Source: a virus (taxonomy: Duplodnaviria; Caudoviricetes). Taken from it: a DNA stretch of 61,311 nt. Under the pieces are notes generated by a model. The model was not told the DNA's origin, made no database searches, and was given only the letters and a program-made list of their open reading frames with translations. The translations under genes were made by a program, and so were the position numbers. The DNA lies in IMG/VR virus record IMGVR_UViG_3300043399_000562, positions 1 to 61,311 of that record; one strand, given 5' to 3'. Positions 8,808-18,934 of this stretch are shown piece after piece (within the stretch, counting starts at the first letter, position 1; every line of letters starts with the position of its first letter).

Positions 8808-11800
8808 CACCAAAGACGTCGAACTCAGAATCAGGGCGCGGGACTACTCCCAGAAGACCCTTGATGAAGTCGTCACTGCGCTGAACGCGCTCGCGAAGGC
8901 GCAGGACGATCAACTCGAAGCGGCGAAGCGTGGCGAGAGCAGCGCGAAGGCACTGGAGGACGCCTACCGTCGCATCGAGGATGCTGCGAAATCCCTCGCG
9001 CGCCAAGGTGCGCTGATCAAGACCTACGAGCAGCAGTCGAAGGCGCTCGAAGAGGTTGGCCGCCAACTGGAGAAGGCCCGGGAAGCGCAGAAGGCGTTCG
9101 TCACCCAACTCGGCGACACGCAGCCATCCAAGGAACAGGCGCGTCAACTCAACGAACTGTCGCGGTCTATCGCGCAGTATGAGCGTGCTCAACAGCGCGC
9201 ACAGGATCGCGTCAATACGACGACCGATCGGCTTGCCGAGTACGGCATCGCTGTCTCCGAGGTCGGTGCAGCGCAACAGCGCATTGTCTCCGCTATCGGT
9301 CAAGCCAACGCGGCGCTTGAGCGGCAAGACGCTGCGATCACGTCGCTCGACAACGATGTGCGTGCCCATCGCGCGTCGGTGGCAGAAGCGGCTCGCCAAG
9401 AAGCCGAGTTCGCGGCATCCATCAAGTCGGTTGCCGATGCACAGGCAGCCGCGGCGAAGAAGGCGCGTGAGTTTGATGAAGAGCGTGCCGCAATCGCCTC
9501 GCGCAACAAGCAGATCGAATACGAGCGGGTCTGGCTCGGTCTGTTGGAGCAGGAAGACCGGAAGAATCAGGAACTGGCGAAGTCGCAGGCCGACCTGATC
9601 GCGTTTCAGAAGGCCATGGCCGCGCAGAAAGAGCGCGAGACAGCCGAGCGGCTGCAGGCCATCGAGACGGCCGACAAGGAACGCCAGGCGATGCGTGCGC
9701 TGGCGGATCAGCTTGCGCAGACCGCTCGTGGCTACCGGGCGGTCGCTATGGCCAGCGGAAGCCCGGCCAGACAATCGAATCTTGCGCAGAGCCTGAAGGA
9801 CATCGCCGACCCGGCCGCTGCCGCCTTGAAGAGCATCCAGGGCGTCGAGCAGGCCGTCGAGCAGTTCGGTCAACGTGTCTCCGCGATTCGCGGGCCGGTG
9901 AAGGAGGCACAGACGCTGCTGCGCGGCCTGTCGGACGCTCAGAAGGCCGCGATTCAGATCGCTGGTCAGGTGGATGCGTACCAACGCCAGATTGCCGCCC
10001 TGCGGTCTGCTCGGGCCGAGTACGTGGCCGCTCGACAGACGGTCGCGCAACTGACCGAGCAACTTCGCGCAGGCACCGGCAGCAACGACGTCGTGCAGCG
10101 TCTTGCTGGGGCTCAGGGCCAGTTGCGCTCGGCCGCCGAAGCGATGGCGCGCACGACGGACAAGGCTCGTGAACTGCGCGAGGCGCTGCGCACTGCGGGC
10201 ATCCAGACCAACGACATCGCAGGCACCCAGAAGCGGCTGGTCGCAGCCGTGCAGGCAAGTGGTGATGCGCTGAACCGTGCGACCGGAGCAGTCAAGCAGT
10301 TCGGTGCCGCACACGAAGAGGCCGGGAGCAAGATCGACCGGATCAACAAGGGCGAGCGGACAACGCTGTCCTACATGCAGCGACTGCGCGGTGAGGTGCT
10401 GGCCCTCGCGACGTCTTACATCGGTCTGAATGCGACGTTGGATCTGGTGCGCAGCACGCTCTCGACCGTGCGCGATGACGCGAAGATTCAGAACCGTCTG
10501 ACAGAAGCGTTCAACGGCGACCAGGCTCGTGCCGCGCAGGAACTGCAGTACCTGCGGGAGCAGGCCGACCGAGTTGGCTTCAGCTTCAAAGACGCTGCGC
10601 TTGAGTATTCGAAGTTCTTGATGGCCGCACGCGAGGCCAACTTCACGGTCGAGGAATCACGCTACATCTTTGAGCAGTTCTCGCAAGCTGCAGTTCGAAC
10701 CGGACAGACTCAGGACGAATTCCGCGGGATCATGCTTGCGCTGACACAGATGATCAGCAAGGGCAAGATTGGTGCCGAAGAGCTTACGCAGCAGTTGGCC
10801 GAGCGCCTACCCGGTGCGGCGGCAAAGCTGGCGAAGTCGCTCAACATCGAAGTTGCCGAGTTGGCAAAGCGAATGGAGCAGGGGGCCGTAAGTTCACGCG
10901 CTCTGATCAACCTCGCCTCTGAGATGGCGAAGGGCAACGCCACCGCAGTCGAGTCGGCGGCAACTGGCCTGGTGCAGGCAAGCAATCGCTTCGAGACTGC
11001 CAAGTACGACTTCATGAAGGCTTTGGCGGATGCCGGCTTCACCGAGGCATTCACGAACTTCCTGAATCGCCTGTCGGCTCTTCTGAACAGTCCGGCCGGA
11101 AAGCAACTTGCGCAAGATCTCGGCACCGCTCTGAGTTTGATCATTGATCTGCTCACGCTCATGGCCGACAACTTCCAGACCGTGAAGACGGTCTTCGGCG
11201 CGATCATCTCGCTGAAGTTGGCTTCCTACTTCATGACGTTGGCAGGCGCTGCGGCTGCAGTCGTGACTTCTGTCCGTGCGATGGTCGCTCCGACTACTGC
11301 AGCAGCGGCAGCGATCGGTACCGCGGGGGCGGCCAGTTCTACGGCTGCCGGTGGCGTCGGTCTTCTCACGCTTGCGGTGAAAACGCTCAGTCGTGCCGTT
11401 CCCTTGCTCGCAGCGGCCTGGGCGATCTGGGAAGTCGGCTCCTATGTGCTCGACCAGTTCTCGAATAGTGCCAAGCGGGCGCGTGAAGAGAAGGCGAAGT
11501 TGGCCGGTGGAAAGTCGGGCGGACAAGGGGACTGGGAGATGCCGCCCGCACAGGGCACGCCCAACCCTGGCACCGGGATTAATGCCGACCAGCAAGCCGT
11601 CGAGGAACTGAACAAGTATCTGGAGAAGAACCAGAAGAAGCTGGAAGAGGCCGGGCGTGCCGCTCGGCTGAAGGGCGCCAAGGCTGAACTTGAAGAGCGG
11701 CAACGCATCGCCACGGAAGAGCTACGTGCCAAGCGTGACGCGATCAACGAGAACGTCAAGGACGAAAAGATGCGTTCCGAGGCGATCAAGAAGATCGACG

Positions 11801-13386
11801 CTCAGATCACGCAGGTTCGCCTCATCGAGCAACAAAAGTTCAACAACCAGCAGGCCGGTGCTGCCGAGTCGCGCGCACAGAAGACCAAGCGACTGATCGA
11901 GGAAGTGGCACGCGACCTGTCCGCGGTCGAGGACAGGCTCGCTGATCGCGAGGCTCGGATCGATCCCATGGCTTCGTTCGCGACTCGGATGCAGGCGAGG
12001 CTCGATGCCGTCTCGCACGAGTACGACAAGCTGCGCAAGAAGATCGATGAACTGGCTGATCTCAATCCGGGCCAAGGGGCAGAGGCGACTGCGAGGTTGG
12101 ACGCATTCGTCAGGCAGCGGCAGGAAGTCGAGCGCATCAAGGTCCAGACCGAAGAACTGCAGCGTCTGGAGAAGAACCTTGCCGACGTGCAGGGTCTGCG
12201 TGCTCAGAAGCTGGAAGAGATTCAGGCTCTCTACGAGAACGGCCAGATCACGCAGGAGCAGTTCCGACAGCGGGTCATCGACACCAACGAGGTCTTCGGC
12301 ATCGGCGTCGAGAAGGCTGCCAGCGATCTCAAGGCGTTTGCCGAGTCGATCAAGTCGATTCTCGATCCTGCGGCTTACGAGGCTCTCATCTCACGCATCA
12401 ACACGGTGCTGACGCAAAACCGGCCTGACCGAACGAACGCTCAGGCGAACATGAAGTCTGCGGAGGATGCGCTGAACATCTCGATCGAGCGGAGGAAGAT
12501 CCTGCTCGACGAGGTGCAGAAGAAACTCGAACTCAACCTGATCACTAGCGAAGAGGCGGCGGCACAGATCAATCAGATCAATGGCCAGTACAAACAGCAG
12601 ATCATTGATCAGACGACTGCGCTGTTGGCATACATCGAGACGCTGCGCACTCTGACGAACGATCCGGCTGTGCTGCTGCAACTCGATCAGTTGGCCGCCA
12701 AGGTGCGCGGTATCAAGATGGAGACGGAGAACACGAAGCAGGCGTTCTCCGGTCTTGCACAGACGATCATCGGCTCGGCTGCACAAGCCTTGTCGAACTC
12801 GTTGGATGGCATCGTCAACACGCTCGGGGAGATCATCACCGGCCAGAAGTCGGTGAGCGACGGCTTCAAGTCCATGGCGCGCGAAGCGGCCCTCGGGTTC
12901 GCGAAGATGCTGAGGGACGCTGCGCTCTACATCATCAAGCTGCAGATCATCAAGGCACTGGAGGGCAGCGGCAATCCGTACCTAGCTGCGATCGGGACTG
13001 CCATGCGTGGCGGCTTGCCGGGTGGCGTATCGGCCGGTACGAAGCACAGTGGGGGCATGGCCGGATCGCCTTCTGGTGGCGCCCGCTCGTTCGTGCTGCC
13101 GCCTGTCATCCCGAAGATGCACACGGGCGGGATCGGGGCGTTGCCGGGCCTCTCGAACAGCGAAGTCGTGCGCGTGCTGCAGAAGAACGAAGAGGTGGTC
13201 ACGCGGAACGACCCGAGGCACATGTTGAATGGCGGTGTGGCGGCGAGCGGCCGGGCAGTGAGGAACATCCTGGTGGACGATCGGGCGAAAGTGCCCGAGG
13301 CCATGGCAAGCGCAGAAGGTGACGACGTTATGCTCACGTTCCTGCGCAGAAACAAGGCCAGCGTAAAGCAACTGCTGGACAACTGA
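8797..13386 (+). CDS. Tape measure protein
   Basis: 1529 aa, helical and A/Q/E-rich; QMISKGKIGAEELTQQLAERLPGA; C-terminal HTGG. Confidence 0.95.
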   Translation: MAADTKDVELRIRARDYSQKTLDEVVTALNALAKAQDDQLEAAKRGESSAKALEDAYRRIEDAAKSLARQGALIKTYEQQSKALEEVGRQLEKAREAQKAFVTQLGDTQPSKEQARQLNELSRSIAQYERAQQRAQDRVNTTTDRLAEYGIAVSEVGAAQQRIVSAIGQANAALERQDAAITSLDNDVRAHRASVAEAARQEAEFAASIKSVADAQAAAAKKAREFDEERAAIASRNKQIEYERVWLGLLEQEDRKNQELAKSQADLIAFQKAMAAQKERETAERLQAIETADKERQAMRALADQLAQTARGYRAVAMASGSPARQSNLAQSLKDIADPAAAALKSIQGVEQAVEQFGQRVSAIRGPVKEAQTLLRGLSDAQKAAIQIAGQVDAYQRQIAALRSARAEYVAARQTVAQLTEQLRAGTGSNDVVQRLAGAQGQLRSAAEAMARTTDKARELREALRTAGIQTNDIAGTQKRLVAAVQASGDALNRATGAVKQFGAAHEEAGSKIDRINKGERTTLSYMQRLRGEVLALATSYIGLNATLDLVRSTLSTVRDDAKIQNRLTEAFNGDQARAAQELQYLREQADRVGFSFKDAALEYSKFLMAAREANFTVEESRYIFEQFSQAAVRTGQTQDEFRGIMLALTQMISKGKIGAEELTQQLAERLPGAAAKLAKSLNIEVAELAKRMEQGAVSSRALINLASEMAKGNATAVESAATGLVQASNRFETAKYDFMKALADAGFTEAFTNFLNRLSALLNSPAGKQLAQDLGTALSLIIDLLTLMADNFQTVKTVFGAIISLKLASYFMTLAGAAAAVVTSVRAMVAPTTAAAAAIGTAGAASSTAAGGVGLLTLAVKTLSRAVPLLAAAWAIWEVGSYVLDQFSNSAKRAREEKAKLAGGKSGGQGDWEMPPAQGTPNPGTGINADQQAVEELNKYLEKNQKKLEEAGRAARLKGAKAELEERQRIATEELRAKRDAINENVKDEKMRSEAIKKIDAQITQVRLIEQQKFNNQQAGAAESRAQKTKRLIEEVARDLSAVEDRLADREARIDPMASFATRMQARLDAVSHEYDKLRKKIDELADLNPGQGAEATARLDAFVRQRQEVERIKVQTEELQRLEKNLADVQGLRAQKLEEIQALYENGQITQEQFRQRVIDTNEVFGIGVEKAASDLKAFAESIKSILDPAAYEALISRINTVLTQNRPDRTNAQANMKSAEDALNISIERRKILLDEVQKKLELNLITSEEAAAQINQINGQYKQQIIDQTTALLAYIETLRTLTNDPAVLLQLDQLAAKVRGIKMETENTKQAFSGLAQTIIGSAAQALSNSLDGIVNTLGEIITGQKSVSDGFKSMAREAALGFAKMLRDAALYIIKLQIIKALEGSGNPYLAAIGTAMRGGLPGGVSAGTKHSGGMAGSPSGGARSFVLPPVIPKMHTGGIGALPGLSNSEVVRVLQKNEEVVTRNDPRHMLNGGVAASGRAVRNILVDDRAKVPEAMASAEGDDVMLTFLRRNKASVKQLLDN

Positions 13387-13387
13387 C

Positions 13388-15421
13388 ATGGCAGCCTCGA
13401 TCGTCAACCAGATCACCATCCCAGACAGTGCGGTGGCCGCTCAGTTCACGAGCGGTGAATTCGCGCTGCCGGTCCATTCACCGCATAGCAGCACGCCAGC
13501 GGGCACGTACTACCTCGCCAAGAACCTGCTGCTGAAGGGCGGGACCTACACGCTGAAGATGTGCGCTGTCGGGTCGGCTTCTGCATGGATTGGCGACGAG
13601 TTGATCAGCAGTCGGCGAATCGTTTCGTCGCAAGCCAGCGGACAGGTCATCGAGGCCGACTTCTTCGTCCGTGAGGGGGCCCATCGCTTCGACGTGGTGC
13701 TCTCTACGCTGGGCGGATCGTGCTACGTCGTGTTCTCGATCTGGAAGGCTGGTCGAGCCGTCTACACGTCGGCAGGCGCCGGCTGGTTGTGGGACACGCA
13801 GTACGTGGCTGACAGCCTCGTGCCAAGTGCGGGGGATCGTCGCCTCGCACTGCCGGTGTGGTCGTTCACTCCGAACTGGAAGTCCGGCGTGACAGAGCGG
13901 CTGTCGTGGAAGTCAGAGATCCTCGACGGCGAAGGAAGCACAGAGCAGCGGCGGTCGCTTCGCAGGAACCCGCGGAGATCCTGGGAGGCTCAGTTCCTGC
14001 GCACGGGCAGTCAGCGGATGCGGATGAATGACTTCATCACCGGCATCGGCAACCGCTCATTCATTGCGCCTTTCTGGCCTGAGCAGTTGAAGCTGCAGAA
14101 CCCACTATCGAGCGGCACCATCAGCGCAGCATTCTCGGCCGGCACGCTCGACTTTCGAGAGTTCGTGCCCGGTCAACTCGTGCTGCTGTACGGCTTCGAC
14201 CCCGTCGAGTACGAACTGCTGATCGTTGATTCGGTGAACGCAACAACGATCACCTTCACGTCTCAGGTGATCAAGTCGTGGGGGCCTGGCACGAGGATCT
14301 GTCCGGCCTACGAGGTTCGCTTCGACACGATCCCGGGGCTGGTCAGCGTTACCGATCGGCTGGCCACCAGCAGCATCCGTTTCGAGCAAGTCAACACGAT
14401 CGCGCACATCGAGCCGTCTTGGGGCTACTGCGCACCTCTGTGGCAGTTCATCCTAGATCGGAAGGAGTCGCTGCAGATCGGCTTCGAGCGTTCGGCGTTC
14501 ATGCTCGACAACGATACGTCGCCGGCCGATGTTGTCGACTTCGCCGAACGGACACGGAACTCGGTTCGCGGCAGTGGCGTTCTATTCGGCAAGCAGGCCG
14601 CTTCGATCTACAGGTCGTTCCTTGCGCAAGCCCGTGGCCGCACGGCTCGGTTCTGGTTTCCGAGTGGGACGCACGACGTCGAGCCGACCGGCTCTATTGG
14701 CGGCCTGACGCTCGATGTGGTCAACACCGGCAATGAAGAGTTCATCGGCGCACCGCAAGAATCCCGGCAGATGCTGGGCTTCTACTTCAACAACGGCACG
14801 CCGACCTTCTATCGCAAGGTCATCAGCGTCGAGCGGATCAGCAATTCGGTTCAGCGGTTTACGTTCGAGGTTCCCGTGCCTCCGATCGATCGGTCGAAGG
14901 TTCTGCGCGTTGGCTACGTGATGCCAGTGCGGTTCGACCAGGACACGTTCGAACTGCACCATGTGAGCGACTCGGCGACAGCCGTGAAATACGCTGCAGT
15001 GGTGAAGTCGGCAGAGATCGATGGCATGCCGCCGATCGAGTGCTTCGTCACATCGTGGACGTACCCGCTTGAACAAATCGACGAGATGCTGCTGACCACG
15101 TCGATTCAGTCTGTTCAGTTCTTCGAGTTGCAGCCTTACTTGGATACGCTAGACCTGTCGAACATCGTCGTCAACGCGGAACTTGTTTCTGTCCTGCAGA
15201 GCTACACGCTTGAGAACGAAGACCGGCTAGACCTGTCTAGCAGCGTCCTAAGTGGCGAGATCATCTCCACGCTTCAGAGCTACACCCTTGAGAACGAAGA
15301 TAGGATTGATCTATCGAACAGCCTCTTGTCCGGCACTCTGGAAAATGCGCTGATCTCGACGACAATGGACACGGACAGCGTTGATCTCAGTAACTCAATC
15401 ATCTCTGCGGAACTCGTATGA
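13388..15421 (+). CDS. Distal tail / baseplate protein with acidic C-terminal repeats
   Basis: PNWKSGVTERLSW, EQRRSLR..PRR, VRFDQD; LQSYTLENEDR(L/I)DLS occurs twice. Confidence 0.75.
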   Translation: MAASIVNQITIPDSAVAAQFTSGEFALPVHSPHSSTPAGTYYLAKNLLLKGGTYTLKMCAVGSASAWIGDELISSRRIVSSQASGQVIEADFFVREGAHRFDVVLSTLGGSCYVVFSIWKAGRAVYTSAGAGWLWDTQYVADSLVPSAGDRRLALPVWSFTPNWKSGVTERLSWKSEILDGEGSTEQRRSLRRNPRRSWEAQFLRTGSQRMRMNDFITGIGNRSFIAPFWPEQLKLQNPLSSGTISAAFSAGTLDFREFVPGQLVLLYGFDPVEYELLIVDSVNATTITFTSQVIKSWGPGTRICPAYEVRFDTIPGLVSVTDRLATSSIRFEQVNTIAHIEPSWGYCAPLWQFILDRKESLQIGFERSAFMLDNDTSPADVVDFAERTRNSVRGSGVLFGKQAASIYRSFLAQARGRTARFWFPSGTHDVEPTGSIGGLTLDVVNTGNEEFIGAPQESRQMLGFYFNNGTPTFYRKVISVERISNSVQRFTFEVPVPPIDRSKVLRVGYVMPVRFDQDTFELHHVSDSATAVKYAAVVKSAEIDGMPPIECFVTSWTYPLEQIDEMLLTTSIQSVQFFELQPYLDTLDLSNIVVNAELVSVLQSYTLENEDRLDLSSSVLSGEIISTLQSYTLENEDRIDLSNSLLSGTLENALISTTMDTDSVDLSNSIISAELV

Positions 15422-16323
15422 CTACCAACATGCAACTCAATACCCAACTGGCCGGTCGCTACAAGATCGAAGCATTTGACGTAGTCACTGGACAGCATCG
15501 GGTGGTGGCGGACTGGTTCGACAATGTCATCACGGACATCGGCCTAGAGTCCATGGCTACCGGAGGGCCGATCCAAGCGTGCAGAGTCGGATCAGGTTCC
15601 GCAGCACCTCTCGCTACGGATACTCAGTTGCAGTCGCAGATCGCATCGACGTCCAGCGTTAACAGTTTTGCCGATGGATCAACGAGCAGTAGTCCGTATT
15701 ACCGCTGGTTTCGTCGAACCTACCGCTTTGCAATTGGCGCGGCTGCGGGAAACATCACCGAGGTAGGAGTAGGTTGGGGCTCATCTGGTGCCACGTTGTT
15801 CTCGCGAGCCTTGATCAAGGACGGCAACGGAACGCCAACAAGCATCACCGTGTTGTCCACAGAAGTGCTGGACGTCACCTATGAGTTGAGAGTCTACGTC
15901 AGCGAAGCGGACACGGTTCAGACGATCAACATCTCCGGTACGAACTACACGTTCACTTTGCGTGAGATGTATATCGCGCAGGCGTATTCCATCGCAAGTT
16001 TTCCAAATGCGGGAATGGCCTATCTTCAGAATTACATTCTCACAAGAGCCTACAACGGTCCGCTTGGCACCTTGATCGGCGGACCATCAGGGGCATTCTC
16101 AGAGGCCGATAGGATTACGGTAGATAACTATTCCGCAAATAGCAAACGTCGAGAAATAACTTTGGAATGGGGGCTGAACAGCGGCAACCTAGCGAACTTC
16201 ATTCAGTCTTTTAGCATAGCGCTAACCTACAGCGGTGTTCAGATAGGGGTATCGCCGGTCATCCAGAAAACGGCTTCAAAGATCTTCCGCTTGAAGATTG
16301 CCTACTCCTGGGCGCGTCGCTGA
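15418..16323 (+). CDS. Minor tail protein
   Basis: WFDNVITDIGL, GNITEVGVG, LFSRALIKD. Confidence 0.7.
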   Translation: MTTNMQLNTQLAGRYKIEAFDVVTGQHRVVADWFDNVITDIGLESMATGGPIQACRVGSGSAAPLATDTQLQSQIASTSSVNSFADGSTSSSPYYRWFRRTYRFAIGAAAGNITEVGVGWGSSGATLFSRALIKDGNGTPTSITVLSTEVLDVTYELRVYVSEADTVQTINISGTNYTFTLREMYIAQAYSIASFPNAGMAYLQNYILTRAYNGPLGTLIGGPSGAFSEADRITVDNYSANSKRREITLEWGLNSGNLANFIQSFSIALTYSGVQIGVSPVIQKTASKIFRLKIAYSWARR

Positions 16324-16324
16324 C

Positions 16325-16906
16325 ATGTTCCCGAGCAACGCAATCTCGGCGTTCCCTGTCTCGGCGCTCCTGTTGTCGCCGGACATCCAGCGCACATCCG
16401 ACATCGAAGACTTCGAGATGGGCGGCGTCGATATTCTCGACGCGTCTCAGGGGATGAATCTCTACCGCTGGAGATGCTGGACTGACAACACGGGCGCCAT
16501 CTATCTGCAGCGGGACGGCGGACCTGTCATCAACTACATGACTGTTGCAGGTGCCAACGAGCTTGCCTTCGCGTTCGACCAGAACATGCGGCCGGCACTT
16601 GCTTTTCGCATGGGGTCGAACCGAATCGATCTGCGCTGGTACGACTCGTCGGTCGGTCAGTACGTCATGAGCACAGGTCTGACCACTGGCCGCAATCCGC
16701 GTCTGAGCCTTGATGACAAGCGTGCTTCGCAGACGCAGAACTCGGACATCATCCTCGCCTATTTGCGCGGCACGTCGCTGCACTACCGGATTCAGCGTGA
16801 TCGATACCTCGTCGAATACACTGCCGCGTCAAACCTGCTGCCAACCACGAAGCTGAGGAATATCGGCATGGCGACGAACTACCGATTTCTATTCGATCTC
16901 GCATGA
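16325..16906 (+). CDS. Minor tail protein
   Basis: LAFDQNMRP, LDDKR, YRIQRDRY; in the tail operon. Confidence 0.7.
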   Translation: MFPSNAISAFPVSALLLSPDIQRTSDIEDFEMGGVDILDASQGMNLYRWRCWTDNTGAIYLQRDGGPVINYMTVAGANELAFAFDQNMRPALAFRMGSNRIDLRWYDSSVGQYVMSTGLTTGRNPRLSLDDKRASQTQNSDIILAYLRGTSLHYRIQRDRYLVEYTAASNLLPTTKLRNIGMATNYRFLFDLA

Positions 16907-17721
16907 GCTACGACGCCTACGAATCATCGCTGGACTCGGCTCGTCCGATCCGCTTCTACCGCTTCACCCTCGGGTCAGCGGTGTGGCGGTACACGAACGC
17001 CGATGAGAACCTGACCATCGGAGGTGTGACGTGGAAGGCTTGTGCGATCAGCGATGACGGCATTCGTCAGAGTGGCGAAGCAACTTCGGACTCGATGACG
17101 ATCTCGGCGCCGAACAACATCGGCCCTGCGGCCGTATTCGCAGTCTCGGCGCCGGCTTCTGAGATCTCCGCAGAGATCCTCATGCTGCATGAAGGCATGA
17201 CGGTGCCGAACGTGGCCTATGTCGGCGACGTCGTCCAGGTGAACTTCAGCACGCCGAACGGATGCCGGATCACTTGCCAGACGATCAGTGCATCGATGCG
17301 GCGCCAGGGCCTGCGCCTCGGCTGGCAGCGAACCTGCCCGTACATGCACTACGACCCGCTGACGTGCAAGGTGCCGAAGGCGAGCCATGCGGTTCAATGC
17401 ACGGTCCAGTCGGTGTCTGGATTTCAGGTGACCGTGGACATCAGCGGCTATGGCAATCAGGTCTTCGCTGGCGGGTTCGCTGAATGGGTGCATCCGGTTC
17501 GCGGCCTTCACGCAATCACGATCGAAGCGCAGACCGGCAACCTGCTGGTGATGTTCGATGACACGTCGGACATGTATCCGGGTCTGCAGATCACGATCTA
17601 CAAGGGATGCGCTCGAACCGAGGACGCCTGCAAGACGTTCAACAACATCCTTCGCTATGGCGGCTTCTCCAAGATGCCAGGCAAGAGCCCGTATGACGGG
17701 CTGAACACTCCGTTCTTCTGA
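16903..17721 (+). CDS. Tail protein, BR0599/DUF2163 family
   Basis: QRTCPYMHYD..CKV and GCARTEDACKTFNNILRYGGF cysteine motifs. Confidence 0.85.
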   Translation: MSYDAYESSLDSARPIRFYRFTLGSAVWRYTNADENLTIGGVTWKACAISDDGIRQSGEATSDSMTISAPNNIGPAAVFAVSAPASEISAEILMLHEGMTVPNVAYVGDVVQVNFSTPNGCRITCQTISASMRRQGLRLGWQRTCPYMHYDPLTCKVPKASHAVQCTVQSVSGFQVTVDISGYGNQVFAGGFAEWVHPVRGLHAITIEAQTGNLLVMFDDTSDMYPGLQITIYKGCARTEDACKTFNNILRYGGFSKMPGKSPYDGLNTPFF

Positions 17722-17734
17722 GAAAGGCACAGCC

Positions 17735-17965
17735 ATGTGGGAAGCTGTCGCAATGCTGGTCATCAGCGCAATCATCAGCTACGCACTGATGCCGAAGATG
17801 CCAGTGACACCACCGGAGTCGTTCACTGACATCGAGTTTCCGCAGACGGATGAAGGCACCGCGCAAGCGGTGATCTTCGGTGACGTCTGGTCGGGCGACT
17901 GGGTTGTGCTGAACGTCGGCAACTACAGGACCACTGCGATCGAGAAAGACGGTGGTGGCAAATGA
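17735..17965 (+). CDS. Small tail assembly protein
   Basis: FPQTDEGTAQAVIFGD. Confidence 0.75.
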   Translation: MWEAVAMLVISAIISYALMPKMPVTPPESFTDIEFPQTDEGTAQAVIFGDVWSGDWVVLNVGNYRTTAIEKDGGGK

Positions 17966-18186
17966 CCCTCTCTGACGAGTTTCGAGTCACGGTCGGGCAT
18001 CTTCAGCAAGCCCGGGATCTTGGCATGCCCATGTGCGTGCGCTCGCTGAAGCAGTGGTTCGCGCTGCACGGGATCAGCTTCGACGGCTTCCTGCGAGAAG
18101 GGATCGATGTCGGCACTCTGCGGTCGCTGAATGACGCGTTGGCTGACCGAGTGATCGAGTTGATCGAGAAGGGTGAGATCCAATGA
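17962..18186 (+). CDS. Small tail assembly protein
   Basis: MCVRSLKQWFALHGISFDGFLREGI. Confidence 0.7.
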   Translation: MTLSDEFRVTVGHLQQARDLGMPMCVRSLKQWFALHGISFDGFLREGIDVGTLRSLNDALADRVIELIEKGEIQ

Positions 18187-18929
18187 GCGGCGGCAGCAGT
18201 TCCTACGTTGCAGGCTACAGGTACTTCTTCGGCATTCACATGGGGGTCTGCCGCTCCGGGGACGATGGTGTCGATGAACTGGTCGAGGCCCGTGTCGGCG
18301 ACCGAACAGCATGGGCCGGCTCAGTCACGTCGAATCAGACCGTCGCTGTCGACGCCTACAACCTGTTCGGCGGTGAAGACGGCGAGGGTGGTGTGCAGGG
18401 GAACATGTGGGTGCTGATGGGCGGCAGTGCCCAACTCGCTCCGGACGAACTGGCCGAGATGACCAGCGGGGATGTGACTCAGGTCGGCAATGTTCCAGCC
18501 GAGCCTTCGTTGTACGACGTCACCGCGCAAGTCGAGAACCTCTATGGCTCGATCAGTCAGACTGCGGCAAGCGTGGTCCTGCGCTTTGCTGTCGACGGGA
18601 CGCTTCAGGTAGTGCTCAACGGCACCAATGGCGCTCGTACTGACTCGCTCACCGACCAGTGGGTCAACCGGTACGGTGAGTCTGTGCAGGTATCCCTGAC
18701 ACCGAGCGACTTCGAAGTGCGAGTGGCCACCGTGTCCGGTCCGACGCCCAATATCGGCGACACGCTGAACACATGGCTGTCGCTCAGTACGCAGCGGGAG
18801 TTCGGCATCTCTGGCATCGGCAGCGTAACCGTCGTCTCGGCTGAGGTGCGGCAGATCAGCACCGGGGCGAGCGCGTTTGCGCAGTACACGCTGGTCATCA
18901 GCGACATCTCGAATCCTGGCGGCGCCTGA
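18183..18929 (+). CDS. Tail tip protein, N-terminal part plus an extra domain
   Basis: GYRYFFGIHMGVCR, NLFGGEDGEGGVQG. Confidence 0.7.
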   Translation: MSGGSSSYVAGYRYFFGIHMGVCRSGDDGVDELVEARVGDRTAWAGSVTSNQTVAVDAYNLFGGEDGEGGVQGNMWVLMGGSAQLAPDELAEMTSGDVTQVGNVPAEPSLYDVTAQVENLYGSISQTAASVVLRFAVDGTLQVVLNGTNGARTDSLTDQWVNRYGESVQVSLTPSDFEVRVATVSGPTPNIGDTLNTWLSLSTQREFGISGIGSVTVVSAEVRQISTGASAFAQYTLVISDISNPGGA

Positions 18930-18934
18930 TCATC

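Noticed and set aside
8728-10314. Long antisense ORFs (also 32504-33781, 4402-5511, 47080-48060)
   Set aside because: Expected shadows of GC-rich coding strands, with no recognisable motifs.
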